This document shows, piece after piece, positions 19,979-29,311 of a stretch of 31,400 nucleotides of DNA. Numbering within the stretch: position 1 is the stretch's first letter; the number at the start of each line of letters is the position of its first letter. Below the pieces are notes generated by a model that saw only the letters and a list, made by a program, of their open reading frames with translations, was not told where the DNA came from and searched no databases. The translations under genes were made by a program, and so were the position numbers. This DNA is from Microcoleaceae cyanobacterium (GTDB lineage: Bacteria; Cyanobacteriota; Cyanobacteriia; Cyanobacteriales; Microcoleaceae): assembly GCA_051652765.1 (NCBI GenBank), contig JBOFUV010000081.1, positions 1 to 31,400 on the forward strand. The letters run 5' to 3'.

Positions 19979-20443
19979 CTAATTGTTGTCGGCAGAGTAA
20001 TCAAGCATACTATTGGCCTTAGAACCGTTTTCCACAGGCCAATCTTGGTTTTCTCCACCAATAATAAGTTGCTCAATCTCAACATATTCCTGGCTTAACT
20101 GTTTAAACGCAATAATCAAAACATCCAGGGCTAAAGCATCGCTGGTTCCTAAGTCAAACCAACATCTTGCCCAAGTTCCCTCGTATTCAATTTCACCCAT
20201 GTTGTGCATGAGTGCCATCATGCTATTGCTGGAAAGTTCGGAATCGTAAGTGATATGGTTTAGGTCAACTCCTGCCTCTTGCACCTGAAGGTTTTCGGCA
20301 TTAAATCCTCCCAGTTTTCCCAATAGAAACCAAGACGCAAACAGTTCTTCAATGTATTGCCGTTCTAAATTGGCAGGAACTGTACTGAACTCCAGCCAAA
20401 TCCAAACATCAAAGGGATTAAATTCACGAAAACTGATCTCCAT
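19979..20443 (-). CDS. DUF3531 family protein
   Basis: FREFNPFDVWIWLEF, SWFLLGKLGGFNAENLQ, MHNMGEIEY, WFDLGTSD. Family recognised from memory. Confidence 0.85.
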   Translation of the reverse strand: MEISFREFNPFDVWIWLEFSTVPANLERQYIEELFASWFLLGKLGGFNAENLQVQEAGVDLNHITYDSELSSNSMMALMHNMGEIEYEGTWARCWFDLGTSDALALDVLIIAFKQLSQEYVEIEQLIIGGENQDWPVENGSKANSMLDYSADNN

Positions 20444-20730
20444 TATTATTTCCTATTTATTTTATTTTATTTTTTGTTTGAACGTTAGAGAAGGCTGCAG
20501 TGTATACACAACTTAAGTCAATTTAATTTAAATCAATTTAATTTAAATTAATTTAAGCTCTCCTAGCCCCCTGTGTGAAACGGGATCAGATTTCAACTGA
20601 TTGTTAATTCAGAGATCTGTACATACAGTAGCTTGCTGAAAGGAGGTTGGGAGGATGAGAATGCAGTAGTGCAACTTCCAAAGTGCAACTTCCAAAGCCA
20701 GATTCCAAAACCAGATTCAGGATTCAGTGG

Positions 20731-21741
20731 CTACAGGACAGGTAGCTTCTCCCCGACAGGCCCAAAAAATCCCTGAGCTGCTTTGATTTGATCCCGGAGA
20801 GGATCACAACTTCTACCGCGATTGTCCAAACGATTTAGGGCTTTGCACTGCTCGTAAAAGATTTGAGCAACAGTCTGCTTGGGGAGGCGTTCTGGATGGC
20901 GCAATGCCTGGGCAAAGAATTGAGTCGATTCTTTTAACCGTTGCGGGCTGTTCTCCGCTTTAGCCAGAGACAATAGAATTTGGGCTTTCAAGTAAAGAAC
21001 TTCAGGATGATTTGGAGTTTCTGCGAGAGCTTTATCAACAAAATTCAAGGCTTCTTGATACTTGTTTAAATCCCGATAGGCGATCGCAATTCCGCGATAG
21101 GCCAAGTAACGAGGGCTACCTTTTTCCAGGGTGAGAATTGCTTCCTCCGGGCTAGAAAATGGCAAATTCAGGGACAGTAATAAAGTCATATATCCCTTAA
21201 TCAAGCTCAGTTCTGGATCATCGCGATCCACTTTCTGAGCAGCATCTAAATAATCAAAAACCTCCTGAAGTTTTTGGAGGGCTGAGGGAGCCCCCTTTAA
21301 AGTTCCTTCCGTCACCAAAATATAACTTCCTTCTAAAAAGTGACCCATCGCCAAATATAGATTACCGCGCAGAAGCTCCCCTTGACTCACAAGAGTTTGG
21401 GCAGTCTCCAGGGTCTTTGCTGCGTGAGATTTTAGAGCACTCCAGTCTTGGCGCTGGTAAGCAAAAGCCGCTAGCATCGCATAGGTCATGGGTTCTTGAG
21501 GGTTTTTGGCTTTCGCCTCTCGCAAATAGTATTCTGCATCTTGGTAGTTGCCTTGTTCAAATAGGGCCTTGAATGCTAAACCCGTATTCTGTTCGATTGC
21601 ACGGGCATTTTTAGTGCGAAAAGGGTCAGCCTCAAGAGCAACAGCCGCACAACTCCCTAACCCAATGATCACTACACTCATAAAAGCAGTAAAGCGTGAA
21701 ACAAAAGAAGCCTGGGAAGTTTGCATACCAATTTTGACCAA
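20731..21741 (-). CDS. Exported TPR protein (Sll0314/Alr1548-like)
   Basis: Signal-peptide-like N-terminus followed by ADPFR and TPR helices (LRGNLYLAMGHFLEG, YLAYRGIAIAYRDL, PEVLYLKAQIL). Confidence 0.82.
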   Translation of the reverse strand: MVKIGMQTSQASFVSRFTAFMSVVIIGLGSCAAVALEADPFRTKNARAIEQNTGLAFKALFEQGNYQDAEYYLREAKAKNPQEPMTYAMLAAFAYQRQDWSALKSHAAKTLETAQTLVSQGELLRGNLYLAMGHFLEGSYILVTEGTLKGAPSALQKLQEVFDYLDAAQKVDRDDPELSLIKGYMTLLLSLNLPFSSPEEAILTLEKGSPRYLAYRGIAIAYRDLNKYQEALNFVDKALAETPNHPEVLYLKAQILLSLAKAENSPQRLKESTQFFAQALRHPERLPKQTVAQIFYEQCKALNRLDNRGRSCDPLRDQIKAAQGFFGPVGEKLPVL

Positions 21742-21862
21742 ATACTGAACCTAAAAAATGCTTGAGATTAACGACGAAACGGTATGAGCGGAGTTCCAGA
21801 AAGTTAGCTTACAGTTTTAGAAAATCTCTTCTAAGGTAGCTTACCATAGGATTGATGAAGTC

Positions 21863-21979
21863 TGTTTGAAACGTGTGTTTGGAACGTGTGCTTAAAAATT
21901 ATGTTTGGAACGTATGTTTGAAAAATATGCTTAAAAAGCATGTTTGAAAATTATGCTTAAAAAATATGTTTGAAACGCA
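21863..21979. repeat. Degenerate tandem array, 13-bp unit TGYTTRRAANNNR x9
   Basis: Units: tgtttgaaacgtg, tgtttggaacgtg, tgcttaaaaatta, tgtttggaacgta, tgtttgaaaaata, tgcttaaaaagca, tgtttgaaaatta, tgcttaaaaaata, tgtttgaaacgca. Confidence 0.9.
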
Positions 21980-22041
21980 TTGAAAAGTATATCTCGTCTG
22001 AGTATGACCCGTAATTCTGACAACTCTACTGAGAAATAAAA

Positions 22042-22464
22042 ATGACCCATTATCAACAGTTGATCAAGGTTAAAACTCAAGGCAAATCTCTGTCTCGGAT
22101 TACCCATCAAGTACAGGAAATTGTTGTCGCTTCGGGCATTCAAACGGGCCTATGTACTCTGTTTTTGCGTCATACTTCAGCAAGTTTAATTATTCAAGAG
22201 AATGCCGATCCAGATGTATTGCAAGACCTGGAAAACTTTCTATCTAAGCTCGTTCCTGAAGGCAATTACTATATTCATGATGCAGAAGGGCCAGATGACA
22301 TGCCCGCTCATATTCGGAGTGTTCTAACCCAAACTTCTGAGCAAATTCCTATTGCTCAGGGAAAGTTAACATTAGGAACCTGGCAAGGAATTTATCTCTG
22401 GGAACACCGTCATCAGCCTCATGTTAGAGAGTTAGTGATTCATATTTCAGGGGATCTTTATTAA
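22042..22464 (+). CDS. yjbQ: YjbQ/UPF0047 family protein (secondary thiamine-phosphate synthase)
   Basis: HTSASLIIQENADPDV, HDAEGPDDMPAHIRS, LGTWQGIYLWEHR. Confidence 0.93.
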   Translation: MTHYQQLIKVKTQGKSLSRITHQVQEIVVASGIQTGLCTLFLRHTSASLIIQENADPDVLQDLENFLSKLVPEGNYYIHDAEGPDDMPAHIRSVLTQTSEQIPIAQGKLTLGTWQGIYLWEHRHQPHVRELVIHISGDLY

Positions 22465-22494
22465 GTTCTGATCTTCAGGGATTGACCTCTAAGA

Positions 22495-23718
22495 TCAGGG
22501 CTTAATAAAGGTTGCTGATAATCCCAAGACTGCCCCTAATGGAACCAGCAACCAAGTGGGGGTTTTATACCGAATTAAGGCGATGAAAGCCAGTAAACCA
22601 ATGACTCCGGCAATGATAGAGTCTATCAGATTGTCCTGAATGATGGCCGATTCTAGTAGGGGAATCGCAGCGGCGGCGATCGCCCCCAAGACCGCAGGAG
22701 TGACTCCTTGTAAAAAAGCTTTGATCCAGGGATTTTGTCGCAGTTTTAGCAACAGGGGTGCAGCCAACATAATAAACGCAAAAGAAGGCGTAAAAATCCC
22801 AACGGTCGAGACTAAGGCTCCGACAACTCCCGCCACTTTGTAACCCACAAACGCCGCTGTTAACACCACTGGCCCTGGCGATAATTGACCAATGGCTACT
22901 CCGTTAATGAATTCCGTGCGAGTCAACCATCCCAAGCGTTCTACAACTTCTGATTCCAATAAGGGAATAATAACTAAACCTCCCCCAAAAATAAAACTTC
23001 CAACCTTGAAGAAAAACAGCAGCAAAGGCCAGAAATATTCCCCGATCCGTTCCCAACCCCAAAAACTAGAAAGGGTTAAAGTTTCTGGCGTTAGAGTTCC
23101 CAAAGTTAGAGGCAAGGGAAGAAACCACCGGGCTTTGAGTTGTTTTGGAGTTGATTCAGACTTTGATTGGTACAGCAGTATCCCCACTAGACCTGCGCCG
23201 ATAAACTGAAGAAAGATACTCAGGGGGGACAGCAGGGTGAGACCAAAAACAACAAGGGTAATTCCGCTCCGCTGCCAATCTTTCAATGTTTTGCGACCCA
23301 GTCGCCAACAAAAGGCCAAGATAATTGCTGAAACGACGGGGGAAATTCCCAAAAATAGGGCCTCCACTTGGGGCAACCCCTGAAACCGAAAATACCCCCA
23401 AGAAAGAGCCAACACAATCAGAAACGCAGGGGTAATAAAGCATAGTCCGGCAACGAACGCCCCGAGTTGTCCAGCCCTGATGTACCCCAGATAAATCCCC
23501 AATTGGGTTGAGGCAGGCCCTGGTAACATCTCACAGATTGCTAACCCTTCCGTGAATTGTTCGGCCGTTAACCACTGTCGCCGAATCACAGCTTCGTCAT
23601 TTTGCATGGCGATGTGAGCCTGAGGGCCACCAAACCCAATGGTGCCCAGTTTTAAAAAAACTTGAGCAAGCTCCTTCAAACGAAGGTTCAAAGACTGTTC
23701 AGAGGATTGCGGATGCAT
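22495..23718 (-). CDS. chrA: Chromate efflux transporter, long-chain CHR family
   Basis: Two homologous halves: FLKLGTIGFGG...LPGP and FFKVGSFIFGGG...QLSPGP. Confidence 0.93.
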   Translation of the reverse strand: MHPQSSEQSLNLRLKELAQVFLKLGTIGFGGPQAHIAMQNDEAVIRRQWLTAEQFTEGLAICEMLPGPASTQLGIYLGYIRAGQLGAFVAGLCFITPAFLIVLALSWGYFRFQGLPQVEALFLGISPVVSAIILAFCWRLGRKTLKDWQRSGITLVVFGLTLLSPLSIFLQFIGAGLVGILLYQSKSESTPKQLKARWFLPLPLTLGTLTPETLTLSSFWGWERIGEYFWPLLLFFFKVGSFIFGGGLVIIPLLESEVVERLGWLTRTEFINGVAIGQLSPGPVVLTAAFVGYKVAGVVGALVSTVGIFTPSFAFIMLAAPLLLKLRQNPWIKAFLQGVTPAVLGAIAAAAIPLLESAIIQDNLIDSIIAGVIGLLAFIALIRYKTPTWLLVPLGAVLGLSATFIKP

Positions 23719-23949
23719 AAACAGAACTTAAGATTAGTAAACAGTGCTCACTCTAATAATCTAAGGCCATTTTTGGATTTGCCAAGGGAAAAACCGAGTT
23801 CACCTGATTCAGGTTCTGGGTCTTGAGCAAACGTTCTTGAATCATCGGGAAGCAAGTTGATCCCTTTACAAGGCTAGGAGAACAGAAATAGACTGTGGGA
23901 TTATGGATATGGGGTTAACCCCAATTGTTAGTTTCTCTTTGTAGGTGTC

Positions 23950-24618
23950 ATGCAAATCAGCGATCGCCCCAATCCTTCCCTTCAAAATTCTCTCACTGCT
24001 GTAGATACTCTAGTTCATTCAACCCTTTCCACTCGAGTTGCCACCGTAAAACGCGCCACAAAGGAAACAGAGGTGGCGGTGACGCTGAATCTAGATGGTA
24101 CGGGAGTCTGTCAGGTAAATACAGGAGTTCCCTTCCTTGACCACATGCTGCATCAAATCGCCTCCCATGGCTTGCTTGACCTAGATATTCAAGCAACAGG
24201 CGATATCGAAATTGACGATCATCACACCAACGAAGACGTAGGCATTACCCTGGGGCAAGCCTTGGCTCAGGCTCTCGGCGATCGCAAAGGGATTGTTCGC
24301 TTTGGGCATTTTCTCGCCCCCCTTGATGAAGCCCTCGTACAGGTGTCCCTCGATTTCTCTGGGCGACCTCATCTGAGTTATGGTCTAGAGATCCCAACTC
24401 AACGGGTAGGAACCTACGATACCCAACTTGTGCGAGAGTTTTTTGTGGCGATCGCCAACAATAGTTTGATGACACTCCATTTGCGTCAGCTAGACGGAAT
24501 TAATTCCCATCACATTATCGAAGCCGGGTTCAAAGCCTTTGCTCGATCACTCCGGATGGCGGTTGAAATTGATCCTCGTCAAGCTGGAAAGATTCCCAGT
24601 TCTAAGGGTGTGCTCTAA
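23950..24618 (+). CDS. hisB: Imidazoleglycerol-phosphate dehydratase
   Basis: [42 protein letters not shown]. Confidence 0.98.
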   Translation: MQISDRPNPSLQNSLTAVDTLVHSTLSTRVATVKRATKETEVAVTLNLDGTGVCQVNTGVPFLDHMLHQIASHGLLDLDIQATGDIEIDDHHTNEDVGITLGQALAQALGDRKGIVRFGHFLAPLDEALVQVSLDFSGRPHLSYGLEIPTQRVGTYDTQLVREFFVAIANNSLMTLHLRQLDGINSHHIIEAGFKAFARSLRMAVEIDPRQAGKIPSSKGVL

Positions 24619-24620
24619 TC

Positions 24621-27600
24621 TCAATCTGCAACAACACTGAGCCTGAGTTGCTGCTGTAAAGCAAGCCTAACTTGGGCAAATTCTATGGCAATTTGATTAT
24701 AGAGGACATCCACTTCTTCTCTGACCAGAGCATCTGGAGTATCGGCGATGCGGGCAATCACCTCTAGTTTTTGGCAGTAGGTGAATAAAGTTGTTGCGCC
24801 TAAAGTTCCACTGATTGACTTGAGGGAATGGGTTCCATCTCTGAGGAGAGTCACATCAGTTGCTGTGATTGCGGTTTCAATTTGCTTTAAAAGTTGAGGA
24901 GCCGATTCTAGGTAGGCTGTAATTGCCTCCTCTAAAGCATCTATTTCTTGCAATGCCTGCAGGACTTGAGAGTTTAAGCTGGAGGCTTGAAGGCAGGATT
25001 CGTGCGGTGTTGCCACCAGAATAGAGCTGTCTGAACGTTGCAGACCAATTCCTGGAGAAGTGTCTCGATTAGCCTGAATATTGGCCGGTATACACTTTTT
25101 CAGGGCCGCAACTAATTGTTCCATCCGAATCGGTTTACTGATATAGTCATCCATTCCTGCGGCCAGACAAGCATGGCGATCACTCTCCATGGCATTGGCG
25201 GTCACGGCAATGATTCGAGGTCGAGGGTAATAGACAGCTTGGCGCTGTTGATAGCACCGATGAATCTGTTGAGCAGTTTCTATCCCATCCATTTCTGGCA
25301 TTTGCATGTCCATTAACACCACATCGTAGGGCTGCTGTTCTAGGGCTGCTAGTACTTCCAGGCCATTGTCTGCAACATCTGCTTGATACCCCATGCGGTG
25401 CAGAATTTGCAGTGCAACTTTTTGGTTCACTAAATGATCTTCAGCCAGGAGAATTCTTAGGGGCAAGGCTTTCGCTAAGATCGGAATCTTTGAAGACGAA
25501 TGCAGATGAGTTTGACAGTTTAGTCTGACTTCTAGGGGCTCCTCTCCCAAAAGATTAATGAATAAGTTGTAGAGTTGAGACTGTTTGATCGGTTTAGTCA
25601 AGAATGCCCTAATGTCCCTTGAATTAGACTCAGAAACAGAGCTTTGACCCATAGAGGTAAGCATGACCAAGGGTAGTGTTTGGCGGTGAGGAAGGTGATG
25701 AATTGACCGCGCTAAGGCTAAACCTTCCATATCCGACAGGTGCATTTCCAGTAACACCAGATCAAAGCTGATTTCCTGCTGCAGGTGTTGCAAAGCTTCC
25801 CTGGCTGTTTTAACTGCTGTCGCTTGCATTCCCCAGGATTCAGCCTGCAAGGTCAAAATCTGCCGATGCATGGCATTCTCATCTACAATCAACAAATGTT
25901 TGCCCTTAAGCGGAACGTTGTTCTCCGGTTTTTCAAAATGATGGCAAGACTCCACAACAATCGTGAAATAAAAGGTGGAACCTCTTACACCGCTGGAGTT
26001 GAAATCAGGGAGTGATTGAACTGTTTGGGGACTGTCGGGCTTTCGGGGCAAGGGTTGCCAACTGGGAGGCGGATCTCCGGCGATGGTGGCGCGACTCTCA
26101 ACCCATAGGTATCCCCCCATCATTTCCACGAGGCGCTTGCTAATTGCTAAACCCAGACCTGTTCCACCATATTGACGACTGGTTGAGGAGTCCACCTGAC
26201 TAAAGGAGTGAAACAGGCGATTCATTCGCTCTGGCGGAATCCCAATTCCAGTATCCTGAACGGTAAATTGAATTTCGTAACGACTGGGGCTTTTAGCAGG
26301 CTGAACCTTGGAACTTAGGGGCTCAGTGAGTTCAGGAGTGAGGCTCTCCACAGTGATCCCCCGATCTAGCGGAGAGGCTTTGACGGTAATCATAATTTCC
26401 CCTTGATCCGTGAACTTTACCGCATTGCTGAGGAGATTCACCAAGATTTGTCGCAGTCGGGTCATGTCTCCGATCACATGACTGGGGGTTGCTGGATCAA
26501 GCAGGTACACCAACTCTAAATTTTTACTGGCAGCTTTTGTTGCCAAAAAGTCAATGGATTCTTCAATACAAGTTCGAATTTCAAAGGAATTGTGCTCCAG
26601 TTCCAGATGGCCCGATTCAATTTTGGCGGAGTCTAAAATATCATCAATCAGAGAGAGTAAAGCATCACTACTACTCCGAATGGTTTCTACAAAGTCTTGC
26701 TGGGTAGAGGTCAGAGGCGTGTCTAATAGGAGCCCAGCCATTCCGATCACCGCATTCATCGGGGTGCGGATTTCATGGCTCATCGTTGCTAGGAATTCGC
26801 TCTTCGCATGGGTTGCAGCCAAAGCTTCGTCCCTAGCCTGGGCAAGATCTTGAGAGGTTTGTTGACGTTCAAGTTCACCCCCAATCCACTGAGCCATTAA
26901 CTTTAGGAGTTCCCGATCAACTGCTTTAAAGGGTTCAGATTGAGGCTGAGCACTCCAAAAACAAAGGGTGCCGTAGACTTTGCCTGCGACCGTTACCGGA
27001 ATTCCCATGTAAGACTCAATCGGCAAAGATTCAGCCGTGGCAACTTCTGAGGAGACTTCTGAGAAACTGGTAACACTCAACGATTCAAAGTACAGTGGAT
27101 GTTTAGCCTTGGCCGTTGCAATACAGAGGCTATTGTTCAGGTCATACACCTGCCCCGGTTTGAACGTGTCTTTGGGGGTGAGGGCGGCAATAATATGACA
27201 CTGATAGACCGTTGGACTGGGAACATCTTCTAGATTTTTAATCTGGGAGAACACTCCAGCTTCCAATCCAAACTTGTGACACCCGACCCTCAGAATATTC
27301 TGCAACCGTCCCTGAAAATTGAGGCTTTGGGAAGAGGTCACTTGATATAGGGCTCGAATCGAGGCTTCGCTCTCTTGCAGTTGCTGTTCTCGACGTTTGT
27401 GATCGCTAATATCCCGCGACACAGCCAGTATTTCTTGTACGACTCCAGTTTCCGGATCACGAATCGCATTGCTAGTTGTCTCGAACCAGAGATAATGGCC
27501 ATCCCGATGGTGCACCCGGTAGGTTAAGGGATAGGTCATATCCTGAGTCAGGATCAATTGATGAGCTTTTGCTAAGGATTTCAACTCTCTAGCATGAAGA

Positions 27601-28154
27601 AACATACTTGGATCTTGACCGATTAACTCTTCGGGTTGATAGCCCAGCAAAGGGTAACAAGCGGGAGATGCATAAAGAATCACACCCTCAAGGTTATGAC
27701 GAGTAATCAGATCGGTACAACGCTCCGTGAGCAGACGATAGCGTTCTTCCTGTTCTTGATTCTGAGCCTGAGCGGCATCTAAAGCGCGTAGTAAATCACT
27801 AACATTTCCGGCTAAAGCCGCCAACTCATCCTCTCCACTCCCTGAAAGATTGCCAGATAAGTGACTGGGTAAACCGGCCCGACTCACCAAGCGGTTTAGC
27901 TCAGTCAGCCGAGAAAATACTATTTTCTCAATCAAATACAGGGCCAAACCTCCAAACCCAGTACTAATCCCTAAAAATAGGAGCGTTAAGACAGAGGGAC
28001 TAAACGACGTTGATAAATCTAAGTTGCGGTTAGTAAAGATAGTTCCCGCACCATATGAAGTTACAATACAGCTCAAAAACGATGCACTAACCATGATTAG
28101 TGCTTTTAGATGCAGTTTCAGATGCAGTTTCATAGAAGTTACCCTTCCAGGCAT
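24621..28154 (-). CDS. Hybrid sensor histidine kinase (2 TM-HAMP-PAS-GAF-HisKA-HATPase-REC-REC-Hpt); start may be ATG 28133
   Basis: HAMP (GEDELAALA), PAS (YASPAC..LLGY, RDIS), GAF (YMGIPV..YGTLCF), H box SHEIRTPMN, N box NLLSNAVKF, G boxes DTGIG and GGTGLGL, REC2 LMDMQMP, Hpt HSLKS. Confidence 0.93.
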   Translation of the reverse strand: MPGRVTSMKLHLKLHLKALIMVSASFLSCIVTSYGAGTIFTNRNLDLSTSFSPSVLTLLFLGISTGFGGLALYLIEKIVFSRLTELNRLVSRAGLPSHLSGNLSGSGEDELAALAGNVSDLLRALDAAQAQNQEQEERYRLLTERCTDLITRHNLEGVILYASPACYPLLGYQPEELIGQDPSMFLHARELKSLAKAHQLILTQDMTYPLTYRVHHRDGHYLWFETTSNAIRDPETGVVQEILAVSRDISDHKRREQQLQESEASIRALYQVTSSQSLNFQGRLQNILRVGCHKFGLEAGVFSQIKNLEDVPSPTVYQCHIIAALTPKDTFKPGQVYDLNNSLCIATAKAKHPLYFESLSVTSFSEVSSEVATAESLPIESYMGIPVTVAGKVYGTLCFWSAQPQSEPFKAVDRELLKLMAQWIGGELERQQTSQDLAQARDEALAATHAKSEFLATMSHEIRTPMNAVIGMAGLLLDTPLTSTQQDFVETIRSSSDALLSLIDDILDSAKIESGHLELEHNSFEIRTCIEESIDFLATKAASKNLELVYLLDPATPSHVIGDMTRLRQILVNLLSNAVKFTDQGEIMITVKASPLDRGITVESLTPELTEPLSSKVQPAKSPSRYEIQFTVQDTGIGIPPERMNRLFHSFSQVDSSTSRQYGGTGLGLAISKRLVEMMGGYLWVESRATIAGDPPPSWQPLPRKPDSPQTVQSLPDFNSSGVRGSTFYFTIVVESCHHFEKPENNVPLKGKHLLIVDENAMHRQILTLQAESWGMQATAVKTAREALQHLQQEISFDLVLLEMHLSDMEGLALARSIHHLPHRQTLPLVMLTSMGQSSVSESNSRDIRAFLTKPIKQSQLYNLFINLLGEEPLEVRLNCQTHLHSSSKIPILAKALPLRILLAEDHLVNQKVALQILHRMGYQADVADNGLEVLAALEQQPYDVVLMDMQMPEMDGIETAQQIHRCYQQRQAVYYPRPRIIAVTANAMESDRHACLAAGMDDYISKPIRMEQLVAALKKCIPANIQANRDTSPGIGLQRSDSSILVATPHESCLQASSLNSQVLQALQEIDALEEAITAYLESAPQLLKQIETAITATDVTLLRDGTHSLKSISGTLGATTLFTYCQKLEVIARIADTPDALVREEVDVLYNQIAIEFAQVRLALQQQLRLSVVAD

Positions 28155-28575
28155 GATTTAGCAATCAGCCTCTTTCTGATGCACCCCCATCTCGGGAATG
28201 ATTTGGCACAAGCAACGGATCAACTGGCACATCCCTAATGAAAAAACCACTTAGGTTCACGGGGGTCGGATTTTATTTCTTTCTAATTCTAGCCCGCATT
28301 TAATGATTCCTCACCCAACCAGATCAGCGACCCTGCGAAATTAACCTTAAAGTATTCCTGAACAGGACTTGGGACGTTTCATCATGAACATCCATTCTAG
28401 CAAAAAAACTTGAATGTGCGGGAGCGGTTTACCGTGATCAAAAGTATAAAACAAGTCATAAACGCAACTTTATATGTTGCGGGATTCAGTTGTCCAACTC
28501 ACCTTATTTTTTAATCAATTTTGATCAAGATTAATCAGATTAACTCATGATTTAAAACTCCTTAAACTTAGTGGC

Positions 28576-28688
28576 TGTAGCAATTCCAAATGATTGGTGA
28601 AATAGGGTGAAAGGGCGTTGCCCCTTTTTTAGGACTTTATCCCTACCCTCCTTGCTGATTTTGGCGTAACTTATTTGGGATTGCTGTA
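28576..28688. mobile_element. Degenerate MITE-like element (~113 bp)
   Basis: The ends TGTAGCAATTCCAAATGA and TTATTTGGGATTGCTGTA form an inverted repeat matching at 14/18. Nested internal arms TAGGGTGAAAG/CTTTATCCCTA. It resembles the TAGCAATCC...GGATTGCTA miniature elements of cyanobacteria (from memory). Confidence 0.55.
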
Positions 28689-29069
28689 TGAGGACTCACA
28701 AAATTTGGCAAGAAACCTGCTCACGCGACAAGTACTTGTGACTCTTTCAGAGAGGCTGCACCAAGGTAGGCAAGATTCCTAGGCTCTGAATTCAGTCCAT
28801 TTTGATGTGCACCTAGCCATCTCTGAACTATATTTTTGCTCAAGGATCAGGAGATTAGATCCTCATCAACCCCCTTTTAAACCTTAGTTAAGAGGATAGC
28901 TCTCGTTAAAGCCACCCCAAACCCTCAAACCCAAATTTTTAGAAACTTGGAACAAAAGATTAAGACTTCACCCTTCTGAATTTTTATAAAGAAAATAATT
29001 CTGAATGTATGCACATCTGAATGGATACAGAGCAATTTTTGCATCAGGGCAAGGTAACTTTATGTCTTG

Positions 29070-29108
29070 GGAAAACTCAATTGGATCGCTGATCCAATTG
29101 AGTTTTCC
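29070..29108. repeat. Perfect 18-bp inverted repeat with 3-nt spacer
   Basis: GGAAAACTCAATTGGATC-GCT-GATCCAATTGAGTTTTCC. Confidence 0.9.
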
Positions 29109-29311
29109 AGCCTAAAACAAACCCGCCAACCCATTAGCTCTATACTTGCCCTACAATTTCTGGTCGCCCATTGAGAACGGCCATATCACGAAAACTTTTG
29201 TAAAACTTAACTAAATCATAGTTTTTTTGATAAATCTTAAAAATTATTCATGTAACAATACAAGGTAATTACAATGTAACGTCAATCGCAGCTAAGCCGA
29301 GGAGGTTCAGT

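Noticed and set aside
19771..20085. 104-aa Cys-rich minus-strand ORF
   Set aside because: The Cys codons are the reverse complement of petL's GCA (Ala) codons, and the ORF also overlaps the DUF3531 gene.
21863..21979. CRISPR array or replication-origin 13-mers
   Set aside because: There are no unique spacers or cas genes, and no DnaA-box cluster or dnaA/dnaN nearby.
28465..28479. Third SufR box
   Set aside because: The spacer is N7 rather than N6, and it is not next to an Fe-S gene.
29200..29285. NtcA or LysR-type box upstream of flv3
   Set aside because: No GTA-N8-TAC and no clean T-N11-A dyad could be read.
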